From NCBI GenBank assembly GCA_964574765.1, contig CAZNPC010000003.1, forward strand, positions 1-60,613: 60,613 nt of DNA, read 5' to 3'. This document shows positions 46,995 to 56,352 of this stretch, piece after piece. The notes beneath the pieces are model-generated. The model saw only the letters and a list, made by a program, of their open reading frames with translations. It searched no databases and was not told the origin of the DNA. The translations under genes and the position numbers were made by a program. The DNA comes from an uncultured Nitrospirales bacterium (GTDB lineage: Bacteria > Nitrospirota > Thermodesulfovibrionia > UBA6902 > BMS3Bbin08). The stretch's first letter is position 1, and each line of letters starts with the position of its first letter.

Positions 46995-49079
46995 ATGGAT
47001 AAAATTAAACGGATAAGATATGAGATATCCGGTATTTTATCTGTTGTTTCCGGCCTGATTGTTTTTATCAGCCTTGTTACTCATTATCAATGGGATCCAT
47101 CCCCGGCCACAACTGCAACTGACGCAAGAAATCTTCTCGGAATTTTCGGTTCCTATGTATCAGACATACTTCTTCAGGCTGTTGGATTCACAGCCTATAT
47201 CGTTCCCGTCCTGCTGTGCATCTTCGGCATAAGGAAAATACTGGGTAAACAGGGAAGGCATAAACCGGCCGCCGCCGCGGTTGTCATGCTGATTCTCATC
47301 GTTTCCATGTCTTCCCTGTTTACCCTTGTTCTCAAGGACCCTTCCGGCGGCATACTTGGCTCGGTTTCAACAAGGATATCTCTTAAACTGCTCTCAACTA
47401 CAGGTTCTTATCTTTTATTTGTCCCTCTCACCTTTGTCACGATAATGTTCCTGACGCCTTTCTCCATAACCGACTTCGCAAGGGAAATAAGAAAAAAAGC
47501 TGTCATACCCCGGATCCAGGTTCCTTTTAAAAATAAGAACAAAAAGAAAAAGAAAGAAACAGAACAGCCGCACATTGAAGAGTCCGAACCTGTTCAGGCA
47601 GCCCCTTATAAGCAGGCGCCTCTTCCGCTGGTATATCCTGCCGAGATAAAACAACGGGCAGAAAGAAAAGCAAACGGCGAATATGAGATCCCGAGCATCG
47701 AGCTTTTACAAGACCCTCAACCTGTCAAATCTAAACCGTCAAAAGACGAACTGCTGGCCAGTTCTGAACTCCTGGCGAATAAATTAAAAGACTTTTCAGT
47801 TGACGGCAGCGTAACCCATGTCACTCCAGGGCCCGTTGTAACAATGTTCGAATTTGAGCCCGCACCCGGAGTCAAGATCAACCGGGTCCTGTCTCTCGCT
47901 GATGATCTTGCCCTCCCGCTCAAAACAACCAGTCTGCGCATCTCTCCCATCCCCGGGAAATCAACTCTGGGCATAGAAGTACCAAACCGGGAAAGGGAAA
48001 CCGTATACCTTAAAGAAATGCTTGATTCGGAAGCGTTCAGAAAAAGCTCATCAAAATTAACTCTGGCACTCGGAAAAAATATTTTCGGAGTGCCGGTCGT
48101 GGCAGACCTGGCACGCATGCCGCACCTGCTTATAGCAGGTGCAACCGGTGCAGGCAAGAGCGTCGGCATTAATGTAATGGTGCTGAGCCTTCTTTACCGG
48201 GCGACCCCGAAAGAAGTAAAAATGCTGATGATAGACCCCAAAATGCTCGAACTCCCGCTGTACGAAGAGATCCCCCATCTTATGCTTCCTATTATCACAT
48301 CGCCTAAAGACGCTGCGGACGCTCTGAAAAGCATGGTTCATGAAATGGAGCGCAGGTACAAACTGCTGGCAAAAGCAGGCTCCCGGAACATAGAAACATA
48401 TAACCGGAAAATAAAATCTTCTCCTGACACAGAGCTGGAGCCCCTGCCTTACATCATCATATTCATTGATGAGTTCGCGGATCTCATGCTTGTCTCGGCC
48501 CAGGAGGTCGAGAATTCCATTGCCAGGCTTGCCCAGATGGCAAGGGCCTCGGGCATACACCTTATTCTTGCTACACAGAGGCCGTCCGTTGATGTTATAA
48601 CCGGCGTGATCAAGGCAAATTTTTCTTCGAGGATCTCCTTCCATGTCTCATCCAAACTTGATTCACGGATAATACTTGACACGTACGGCGCTGATAAGCT
48701 GCTTGGAAAAGGCGACATGCTATACATCACTCCCGGCAGCAGGATTTCACGAATTCACGGCGCTTATGTGACCGAGGAAGAAATAAAAATTATTGTTGAT
48801 TTTATTAAGGCCCAGGGCCCGCCGGATTACACGATTCTTGAAGAGCTGGCAGCTGAGGAACTGGCAATATCCAGCCAGGAAGACAGAGATGAACTGTACC
48901 ATCAGGCATGCGAGATAGTGATCGCGGCCGAACAGGCTTCCATATCGTATATTCAGCGCAGGCTGAAAATAGGCTATAATAGAGCAGCCAGTATCATGGA
49001 AATGATGGAAGAGGACGGCATTGTCGGTCCGCCAGGGGAAGCGGGCAAACCAAGAGAGATTCTCAGGAGAAGAAGATGA
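46995..49079 (+). CDS. ftsK: DNA translocase FtsK
   Basis: N-terminal TM helices, a Lys-rich linker, Walker A GATGAGKS, FIDEFADL, and a C-terminal gamma winged-helix (ISYIQRRLKIGYNRAASIME). Confidence 0.95.
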   Translation: MDKIKRIRYEISGILSVVSGLIVFISLVTHYQWDPSPATTATDARNLLGIFGSYVSDILLQAVGFTAYIVPVLLCIFGIRKILGKQGRHKPAAAAVVMLILIVSMSSLFTLVLKDPSGGILGSVSTRISLKLLSTTGSYLLFVPLTFVTIMFLTPFSITDFAREIRKKAVIPRIQVPFKNKNKKKKKETEQPHIEESEPVQAAPYKQAPLPLVYPAEIKQRAERKANGEYEIPSIELLQDPQPVKSKPSKDELLASSELLANKLKDFSVDGSVTHVTPGPVVTMFEFEPAPGVKINRVLSLADDLALPLKTTSLRISPIPGKSTLGIEVPNRERETVYLKEMLDSEAFRKSSSKLTLALGKNIFGVPVVADLARMPHLLIAGATGAGKSVGINVMVLSLLYRATPKEVKMLMIDPKMLELPLYEEIPHLMLPIITSPKDAADALKSMVHEMERRYKLLAKAGSRNIETYNRKIKSSPDTELEPLPYIIIFIDEFADLMLVSAQEVENSIARLAQMARASGIHLILATQRPSVDVITGVIKANFSSRISFHVSSKLDSRIILDTYGADKLLGKGDMLYITPGSRISRIHGAYVTEEEIKIIVDFIKAQGPPDYTILEELAAEELAISSQEDRDELYHQACEIVIAAEQASISYIQRRLKIGYNRAASIMEMMEEDGIVGPPGEAGKPREILRRRR

Positions 49080-49747
49080 CAGGAAATACTGCCAATAGAC
49101 GCTTTATACTTTTGATACTGCTTTTATTCGCTTTTTTCCTTTCTTATTCTTTACTCCTGACCGCCGCTTCTGCCAACAACACAGTTGAGTCTTTAGTGGA
49201 AACCATACAGAACAAAAACCGTCAAATAGCCGGCATGCAGGGGAATTTCTCTCAAACAAGCTATCTGAAGGACCTTGACAGAACTGAAAAATATGAGGGA
49301 GAATTCTTTATCAAAAAACCATCGAACATGAAGTGGTCATATTCAGACCCAAGGGACGAGGAGATAACTATCAGCGGCAATGAAACATGGATATATAAAA
49401 AATCGGAAAAACAGGTGCTGAAAACTACCTTTAGCAAAGATGCTTACGGGCAGGTCCCAATTGCGCTGTTGGGAAGTCTCAACAACCTTAAGGATGATTT
49501 TGATATAACACTTGTAAAAGACGGCACTCTTGAACTAAAACCTAAAAAACAGATGGGCTTTATGGACAAGATACACCTTGAGACCTCATCAAACGATTTT
49601 CCGGTCAAAACATTTACTATATTTGACACAGCCGGCAACATAATCGTTATTGAAATACGCCGCGTTAAAATAAACCCCGGGTTTGATGATGCTTTTTTCA
49701 TTTTCAAAGTCCCTCCGGGAGTTGAGGTGTATGATTTTAGCCGGTAA
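49076..49747 (+). CDS. lolA: Outer-membrane lipoprotein carrier LolA-like protein
   Basis: Signal peptide; GEFFIKKPSNMKWSYSDP...ETWIYKK pattern. ATGA overlap with ftsK. Confidence 0.75.
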   Translation: MTGNTANRRFILLILLLFAFFLSYSLLLTAASANNTVESLVETIQNKNRQIAGMQGNFSQTSYLKDLDRTEKYEGEFFIKKPSNMKWSYSDPRDEEITISGNETWIYKKSEKQVLKTTFSKDAYGQVPIALLGSLNNLKDDFDITLVKDGTLELKPKKQMGFMDKIHLETSSNDFPVKTFTIFDTAGNIIVIEIRRVKINPGFDDAFFIFKVPPGVEVYDFSR

Positions 49748-49810
49748 AACAACGGCCGGTTACATGTTGTAAGTTGTTTGTTTAACAGATAACCAATAAC
49801 GATTTTCTCA

Positions 49811-50623
49811 ATGCCCCGAAAAAAACAGAGCAAATCAAAAAGACAATATCATATTCTTTTAATACTTTTTCTGGCCGCTTCCGCAGTCGTTTTTTTATAC
49901 AGGGAATCCGGCAGAGAAACCTTCATGCCGGTTGTTCAGCCGGAAGGAACCGCGGCCCGGCCGGAGAAGATCCCCCAGATCGCCGTTGTCATCGATGACC
50001 TCGGCCCGAATAAAAAAACAGCTGAACACATTCTGAACATAAACGTCCCTCTAACCCTTTCCATTCTCCCCCGGGAAACCTATTCAAAATGGATCGCTGA
50101 TGAAGGCCACAGAACCGGGCACGATATTATCGTGCATGTTCCTATGGAAGCCGTCGACGCGCACAGCCTTGGCAAAGGAGGGCTTTACACATGGATGACA
50201 GACGACGAGATACGAAACGTGCTCAAAGAAGACCTCGGTTCCGTCCCTCACGCCTCAGGGATAAGCAATCATATGGGTTCTGCCTTTACAAAAGATGAAC
50301 GCGCAATGTATGTCCTGCTTTCCGGAATCAGAAATGACCGGCTTTTTTTCCTTGACAGCCTGACATCTCCGGAATCAGTCGGCTACAGTACAGCAGTACA
50401 GCTTGGCGTAACCGCCTTAAAGCGTGATACATTCCTTGATTATATAGATAATCCGGCTGCAATACGAAAACAATGGAACAGCTCTATAGATATTGCCGAA
50501 AGCAGAGGTTATGCAATAGTTCTCGCGCACCCGAGAAAAAACACTATCGCTTTTTTGCAGAAGACTCTTCCCGACAGCCGGGTAAAGATAGTTCCCCTTT
50601 CCAGGCTTGCTTTTCATGACTGA
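49811..50623 (+). CDS. Divergent polysaccharide deacetylase family protein (YibQ-like)
   Basis: IAVVIDDLGPN, HDIIVHVPME, FFLDSLTS. Confidence 0.75.
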   Translation: MPRKKQSKSKRQYHILLILFLAASAVVFLYRESGRETFMPVVQPEGTAARPEKIPQIAVVIDDLGPNKKTAEHILNINVPLTLSILPRETYSKWIADEGHRTGHDIIVHVPMEAVDAHSLGKGGLYTWMTDDEIRNVLKEDLGSVPHASGISNHMGSAFTKDERAMYVLLSGIRNDRLFFLDSLTSPESVGYSTAVQLGVTALKRDTFLDYIDNPAAIRKQWNSSIDIAESRGYAIVLAHPRKNTIAFLQKTLPDSRVKIVPLSRLAFHD

Positions 50624-50689
50624 AATTCGAACTCACTGTGCCTGACTTTTTTGACTTTTCAAAGACTTTCTTTTAAACTTTGATAGATT

Positions 50690-51355
50690 ATGGGCGAAGA
50701 CACTGTATTAGATCTGATCTTTCAGGCGGGACCTGTTGTTAAACTGGTCCTGTTAACGCTCCTTTTCTTTTCTGTTTTCTCCTGGGCCATAATTTTTTAT
50801 AAACACCGGTTTCTTTCAAAAATTGAGAGGGAAACCGATGACTTCCTCCGTACTTTCAGAAAGACCCGGGACTTGGACAATCTGTATCAGTCGACTAAAA
50901 GGCTTTCCCTCAGCCCTGTTGTAAATCTTTTCAGGTCAGTCTATTCATTTGAATCATCAGACAGCATTAACAGGGAAGAGCTTAGACGAGTCCTTAAAAG
51001 AACAGAACTGCTCGAGTCGGCCCGGCTTGAAAAATATCTGACGTTCCTTGCGACAACAGGCTCTACTACACCCTTTATCGGCCTGTTCGGCACAGTCTGG
51101 GGAATAATGAACTCCTTCAGGGGCATAGGGAGGGTCGGTTCCGCGTCACTCGCCGTAGTCGCTCCAGGTATTGCAGAGGCATTAATAGCCACAGCCGCGG
51201 GGCTGATTGCCGCTATTCCCGCTGTAATAGCATATAATTATTATCTGAGCAGGGCCCGCCGGAATATCTTCATCATGGAAGATTTCTCCCAGGAACTAAT
51301 AGACCGCGTTGTGAGGAAAAATGGAGAGGCAAAGACAGGCATTATCAGAGATTAA
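50690..51355 (+). CDS. tolQ: Tol-Pal system protein TolQ (MotA/TolQ/ExbB channel)
   Basis: LATTGSTTPFIGLFGTVWGIM, GIAEALIATAAGL. 221 aa. Heads the tol-pal cluster. Confidence 0.9.
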   Translation: MGEDTVLDLIFQAGPVVKLVLLTLLFFSVFSWAIIFYKHRFLSKIERETDDFLRTFRKTRDLDNLYQSTKRLSLSPVVNLFRSVYSFESSDSINREELRRVLKRTELLESARLEKYLTFLATTGSTTPFIGLFGTVWGIMNSFRGIGRVGSASLAVVAPGIAEALIATAAGLIAAIPAVIAYNYYLSRARRNIFIMEDFSQELIDRVVRKNGEAKTGIIRD

Positions 51356-51710
51356 CGTCACGCCGTTTGTAGACGTTATGCTCGTGCTTCTAATAATCTT
51401 TATGGTAACAGCCCCGCTGCTTCAACAGGGAATAGACGTTGATCTGCCCCAGGCAAAGGGCAAGGAAATGTCTCCGACCGAGAGGGTCATCATAACAATA
51501 AAAAAAGACGGCAAGATATATGTAGATAAGTCACGCACAGAGATCAGTGCCCTGAAATCAAAACTTGCCAATGCCGCTGACAGGGATGTTTTTCTCAAGG
51601 CGGATAAAGATGTTTCCTACGGACTTGTTGTTGAAGTTATGGGAGAGTTAAGAGAGATCGGGATAGAAAAACTGGGGATGGTTACCGAGTCAAAAGCCCG
51701 GATTCGATGA
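51321..51710 (+). CDS. tolR: Tol-Pal system protein TolR (ExbD family)
   Basis: EINVTPFVDVMLVLLIIFMV. 129 aa. Overlaps the tolQ end by 35 nt. Confidence 0.88.
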   Translation: MERQRQALSEINVTPFVDVMLVLLIIFMVTAPLLQQGIDVDLPQAKGKEMSPTERVIITIKKDGKIYVDKSRTEISALKSKLANAADRDVFLKADKDVSYGLVVEVMGELREIGIEKLGMVTESKARIR

Positions 51711-52396
51711 CTCATGCCCTCCGCACAGGGAAAGAACCAAGCCTAAAGAAAATCGTCCTTGTCTCTGCTGTCCTGCATTTGATTTTTATCGCCCTGATAA
51801 TTATTCCTATTAAAACAAAAGAACAGGAATTCCGGAGTTACCAGGTTAAACTGGTCGGATCAGTTAAATCACCGGCAAAAGGACGGACAACTACAGGGCA
51901 AAGACGAAAAAGGACCATACCGAAGAAAAAAATAACAAAAAAAACTCCCCCAAAAACTGATATGAAACTTGAAAAGATCGACAAAGTGGCAAAAGAAATA
52001 AAAAGGATCCGCGCTATCAGCGCCCTGTCTAAAAAGAAAAAAAAGCAACAACAGAAAGCAAAAGCCATAGACGTCTTAAGAAAAGAGGTTATGGATGATG
52101 CTTCCGGAGGTTCAGTAACCCCGGGCAACGGCATTGCGTCTGACTCTGATCCTTACTATGCGCTGATCCATGACAGGATCTGGGGCAGGTGGGTCTGGCA
52201 TGACCCTGACTCCATGGATCTGACGGCTGTTATATCCATAAAAATCGGCAAAGACGGGAAGGTAGTCTCCAGAGAGATCGATCAATCTTCCGGAAATGCG
52301 TTATTTGATCGTTCGGCAATGAACGCGATCATCAAAGCAAGCCCCCTTCCGCCTCCCCCCGTTGAGATGGAAGTAGTATTGAGGTTCCGGCCATGA
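51707..52396 (+). CDS. tolA: TolA/TonB-family energy transducer
   Basis: N-terminal TM helix, Lys-rich linker, and a C-terminal TonB_C-like domain (GNALFDRSAMNAIIKASPLPPPP). Confidence 0.7.
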   Translation: MTHALRTGKEPSLKKIVLVSAVLHLIFIALIIIPIKTKEQEFRSYQVKLVGSVKSPAKGRTTTGQRRKRTIPKKKITKKTPPKTDMKLEKIDKVAKEIKRIRAISALSKKKKKQQQKAKAIDVLRKEVMDDASGGSVTPGNGIASDSDPYYALIHDRIWGRWVWHDPDSMDLTAVISIKIGKDGKVVSREIDQSSGNALFDRSAMNAIIKASPLPPPPVEMEVVLRFRP

Positions 52397-53634
52397 GAGG
52401 AAAGTTGAAAGTTAGTAATTTAAAATTGATAGTTATCGTCTTTTTTTGTTCACTCTTCACTTTTCACTCTTCACTTTTCACTGTTTCTGACGCAAAAGTC
52501 TATATCGATATCTCTTCCCCTGCCTTTAGAAAACTTCCTATATCCATTAACTACACCGGGCCTGAAGAGACCCGGGAAATTGCCGAGATCGTAAAAAAAG
52601 ACCTGGATTTTTCAGGGCTTTTTTCTCTGATAGACCCTGATATCCCCGGAGCGGAAATAAGGGCGGAGATCAGCCTGGAGTCAGCAGAGAAATTAACAGC
52701 AAACGCGACTGTGATCGACCTTGTTGCAAACAAAGAAGTTCTCATCAAGAAATATACTGCCTCAAAGAAGATACTTCGCGCTCTGGCTCACAGCATCTCA
52801 AATGATATTTTCATGGTCGTCACCGGAAAGAAAGGGGTTTTCAGAACAAGACTTGCTTACCTGGGGAGTTCATCTAACAAAAAATGGCTTTACGTAACGG
52901 ATTGGGACGGATACAACCCGGTGAGAATAGTTTCAAAGGGATTGTCAGCCAGCCATAGCTGGTCTCCTGACGGCAAATATATAGTCTACTCATCCGAGAG
53001 AAACAGGAAATGGAGCATTTATCAGCTGGACCTTAAGACATACAAGGAAAAACGTCTTTTTTCATCAAAGGGCCTGAACCTTGTCGGCGGGATCACAAAT
53101 GACAATCGGATATCCTTTTCCTCTTCCAGGGGCGGAAGTCCTGAGATATATACCATGAACATCCATGGACGCGGTTTAAAAAAATTGACCCGGTCATTCG
53201 GCATAGATGTATCGCCTGTATTTTCCCCTGACGGTACACGGATCGCCTTTGTCTCCGACAGGGGCGGTACTCCGCAGATATACACTATGGACTCCGGCGG
53301 AAAGGGCGTAAAAAGGCTCACATTTGACGGCTCGTACAACACATCCCCCGCCTGGTCGCCTGACGGGAAATGGATTACCTATGTGGGCAGAAAACATGGA
53401 AAAAATCAGATATTCATGATAGAATCTGATAGTACAAATTTAAGACAACTTACTGATGCCGGGAACAATGAAAACCCTTCATTCTCTCCTGACGGGACGT
53501 TCATAGCTTTCGATTCTGACAGAGATGGAAATAAAGGAATATATTTAATGAGCATTATTGACGGGAAAGACAGGCGAATTACTCCCAGAAACAGAAAGGC
53601 AATGAATCCCCGGTGGTCACCATATTTTAAATAA
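52393..53634 (+). CDS. tolB: Tol-Pal system beta-propeller protein TolB
   Basis: Repeated WSPDG/FSPDG propeller blades. 413 aa. ATGA overlap with tolA. Confidence 0.93.
   Translation: MRGKLKVSNLKLIVIVFFCSLFTFHSSLFTVSDAKVYIDISSPAFRKLPISINYTGPEETREIAEIVKKDLDFSGLFSLIDPDIPGAEIRAEISLESAEKLTANATVIDLVANKEVLIKKYTASKKILRALAHSISNDIFMVVTGKKGVFRTRLAYLGSSSNKKWLYVTDWDGYNPVRIVSKGLSASHSWSPDGKYIVYSSERNRKWSIYQLDLKTYKEKRLFSSKGLNLVGGITNDNRISFSSSRGGSPEIYTMNIHGRGLKKLTRSFGIDVSPVFSPDGTRIAFVSDRGGTPQIYTMDSGGKGVKRLTFDGSYNTSPAWSPDGKWITYVGRKHGKNQIFMIESDSTNLRQLTDAGNNENPSFSPDGTFIAFDSDRDGNKGIYLMSIIDGKDRRITPRNRKAMNPRWSPYFK
52449..52483 (+). repeat. Heptanucleotide tandem array (TTCACTY)x5 in the tolB signal-peptide region
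   Basis: TTCACTC TTCACTT TTCACTC TTCACTT TTCACTG, encoding SLFTFHSSLFTV. Confidence 0.85.
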
Positions 53635-53687
53635 GGGCAACATACGGAAAACACCATATATAAAAAACCGAAAGGAGGTTTACAGAG

Positions 53688-54194
53688 ATGAGAAAAATAC
53701 TAATTTTATTCATGATCGCCGGTTTGATGATATTTGCCATGGGATGTTCAAAAAAACATGCAAAGTCTGATCAGGACCGGATGGCAGGCGACGAGATCGT
53801 AGAAGACTCGACACTTCGTGCAGCCACGGATGATGTTACATCAACTGACGCAGAGTCTCTTTTTAAATTTCAGGACGCGCTGTTTGATTATGATAAATAC
53901 AATATAAGATCTGACGCGAGGGATGTGCTTGACTCTGTTGCCGCATGGCTTAAGAAACACAAAGATATAAATGTGCTGATTGAGGGCCATTGTGATGATA
54001 GAGGAACTAACGACTATAACCTCGCCCTCGGAGAAAAAAGAGCTAACTCGGCCCGTGACTATCTGATTGCCCGCGGAGTGTCTTCCAAAAGGATGAGTAC
54101 CCTTACGTACGGCGAAGAGAAACCGGTTTGCAGTTCCATGAATGAATCCTGCAGGCAGAATAACAGAAGGGCCCATTTTGTTGTAACAAAATAA
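53688..54194 (+). CDS. pal: Peptidoglycan-associated lipoprotein Pal (OmpA family)
   Basis: Lipobox FAMGC. OmpA_C motifs IEGHCDDRGTNDYNLALGEKRA, NRRAHF. Confidence 0.92.
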   Translation: MRKILILFMIAGLMIFAMGCSKKHAKSDQDRMAGDEIVEDSTLRAATDDVTSTDAESLFKFQDALFDYDKYNIRSDARDVLDSVAAWLKKHKDINVLIEGHCDDRGTNDYNLALGEKRANSARDYLIARGVSSKRMSTLTYGEEKPVCSSMNESCRQNNRRAHFVVTK

Positions 54195-54203
54195 GAAGAT
54201 CCC

Positions 54204-54236
54204 GGCAGTCCCGTTAAAGGGGCTGCCTCTTTTATT
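54204..54236 (+). terminator. Intrinsic terminator/attenuator between pal and ybgF
   Basis: GGCAGTCCC-GTTAAA-GGGGCTGCC (9 bp including one G-U) followed by TCTTTTATT. The ybgF ATG follows immediately. Confidence 0.55.
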
Positions 54237-55034
54237 ATGAAAAAAACTGTTTATCTTTTATCCTGCGCTTTAATTCCCTTATTCGTCCTTTCCGGCTGTG
54301 TCACAACTGGCAGTACGGGTACAATGCAGTATGACATCAATGAGTTAAAGGCAAAAGTAAGAGACCTGGAAAAGGGCGGAAAACCTGACGAACAGCAGGA
54401 GGCTACCGGCATGGCAGTATCCGACCTGCATATAAAAGTACAGGCCCTGACAGAAGAAGTCCGGGCGCTTACCGGCCGCCTTGATGAATCACAGCATGGT
54501 TTAGATAGAGATTCCCTTAAAATGACGGAGAACAGAGAGGCCCTCATTTTAAGGATTAATGACCTGGAAACAGCAGTAAATCAGCTGAAAGAGCAACAGT
54601 CCGCAGAGGCCGTAACCGCGCCTGAAACAAAAGTTCAGGAACCTGAAAACAAAGCAAAAGACGCTTATATGAAAGCCTTTAATACATTTAAGGAAAACAA
54701 CTACTCAGAGGCAAGAGATAAATTTCAGTCAATCCTGGACAACTATCCTGAAAACGCATACTCTGACAACGCCAGGTTCTGGATCGGGGAGTCATATTAC
54801 AAGGAAAAGAATTATGAAGAAGCCATTCTGGCCTATGAAGAACTTTTAAAGCAAAACCCGAAAAGCGACAAAGTGCCCGGAGCCATGCTTAAACAGGGTC
54901 TTGCATTTTATGAGCTGAATGATCAGGAAACCGGCAAACTTATTCTGGAAAAACTCATTTCCAAATACCCGAAAACCGAATACGCACAGCGCGCGCGAAA
55001 AAAGGTTAACCCTGTATCATCAAAGAACAAATAA
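54237..55034 (+). CDS. ybgF: Tol-Pal system protein YbgF/CpoB
   Basis: Signal/lipobox LSGC, an N-terminal coiled coil and C-terminal TPRs (YPENAYSDNARFWIGESYY). Confidence 0.85.
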   Translation: MKKTVYLLSCALIPLFVLSGCVTTGSTGTMQYDINELKAKVRDLEKGGKPDEQQEATGMAVSDLHIKVQALTEEVRALTGRLDESQHGLDRDSLKMTENREALILRINDLETAVNQLKEQQSAEAVTAPETKVQEPENKAKDAYMKAFNTFKENNYSEARDKFQSILDNYPENAYSDNARFWIGESYYKEKNYEEAILAYEELLKQNPKSDKVPGAMLKQGLAFYELNDQETGKLILEKLISKYPKTEYAQRARKKVNPVSSKNK

Positions 55035-56293
55035 ACAGGCCGAATCTTACAAATAAGCTGCTCACCACCCTTATCCTTTTTGCATTATTATTTCCCGCTT
55101 CTGTTACTGCCGGAGATATCACTGTCAGCGGATTTATCGAGGCTGGAAACAGGTCCCAGGCTGAAGATTATGATGAAGAAGAGAATGACAGGGAATACAG
55201 ATATCAATATTACCACTTAAAGTTCAGGCATAAACCTTCAGATGTTTTCAATTACGAATTCGGCTCATTCGTTTACGACAAAGATTACAGTTCAAATGAC
55301 CCGCTGGATAATATCTCAAAGATCATCAACGCAAAAGCCTCATATATTCCGCGGGGAAAAGATCCGAACTCAATAAAATTAACTCTAAAACTCAAATATA
55401 AAGAAAAAAGATTCAGGCATATGCCTTCCAGCGAATACAATCAGGTCCTGTTTTCTCCAAAGCTCTCTTTCACGGAAAAGAACTCATACAAGATCGATCT
55501 TGGCGCAGGGGCGAATAATTACGATTACCTGAATAGCGGGAACGACCAGCTGAAGCTTTTCTCCGTACTGGGAGCGAAAAAATACCTGCTCGAGAAAACA
55601 ATGGTACTTACTTCATCATACAGGTTCGAAACAACAACCCGCAAACAGACGGGGAAGCGCAAAAACAAAAACAACATAATGTTTGGCGCTGATTATATTT
55701 TTGATATCCCGTTTATTTACAAAATTTCAACCCGTGTACGTATGGGCCAACGGGACACAAAGGACGACGATGACAGAGACGAGGATTTTGACTATAAATA
55801 CGGAAAACTGTACGTGAAATCGGAACACAGGATAAACACAAAAATAAAGACCGGTCTGAAGTACGAATATTTCAATAAAGACTACCTGACCGCTAACCGC
55901 GATCATAGCGGTTTTTTTGTCCGCAACAGCTGGCAGGTGAACCTGCTGGATGATGATATCCGTAAACTGTATTTCAATATTTCCCTAAAACACAAAGATG
56001 TCCACTATTCGCTTAAAAGCGGCCGTGACAATCAAAAAGAAACTCTGGGGCTTAAATGTACTTACAGGAGAAAAAAGATATGGAAGTCTTCCGTCTCTTC
56101 CGACATGCATATCTATGACTATGCGGACCCCGCACGGAACAGGAACAGGTACTACGTGAGATTTGCTTTTGAAAGACAGATTGCCAATAACGCAAGCCTG
56201 AACCTTAACCTTAAATATAAATACACAGACAATAAGCAGACAGCCGATACAGAAGAAAAAGCCGCACGGCTGGGATTTAAGTACAGTTTCTAA
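55031..56293 (+). CDS. Outer-membrane beta-barrel protein (5' end uncertain, no canonical start codon)
   Basis: The frame is open from 55010. It encodes the signal peptide NRPNLTNKLLTTLILFALLFPASVTA|GD upstream of the first ATG (55421). Ends ..LGFKYSF. A tentative ATA start overlaps the ybgF TAA. Confidence 0.6.
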   Translation: MNRPNLTNKLLTTLILFALLFPASVTAGDITVSGFIEAGNRSQAEDYDEEENDREYRYQYYHLKFRHKPSDVFNYEFGSFVYDKDYSSNDPLDNISKIINAKASYIPRGKDPNSIKLTLKLKYKEKRFRHMPSSEYNQVLFSPKLSFTEKNSYKIDLGAGANNYDYLNSGNDQLKLFSVLGAKKYLLEKTMVLTSSYRFETTTRKQTGKRKNKNNIMFGADYIFDIPFIYKISTRVRMGQRDTKDDDDRDEDFDYKYGKLYVKSEHRINTKIKTGLKYEYFNKDYLTANRDHSGFFVRNSWQVNLLDDDIRKLYFNISLKHKDVHYSLKSGRDNQKETLGLKCTYRRKKIWKSSVSSDMHIYDYADPARNRNRYYVRFAFERQIANNASLNLNLKYKYTDNKQTADTEEKAARLGFKYSF

Positions 56294-56352
56294 CCTTCCT
56301 GCTTCTTATTGTTCTGTTCCGGACTTCGAAGGATGATCAATATAGACCCCGC

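Noticed and set aside
55017-55040. -1 programmed frameshift from ybgF into the downstream barrel ORF.
   Set aside because: No X XXY YYZ slippery heptamer and no downstream structure. A fusion would bury a signal peptide internally. Stop/start coupling is more plausible.
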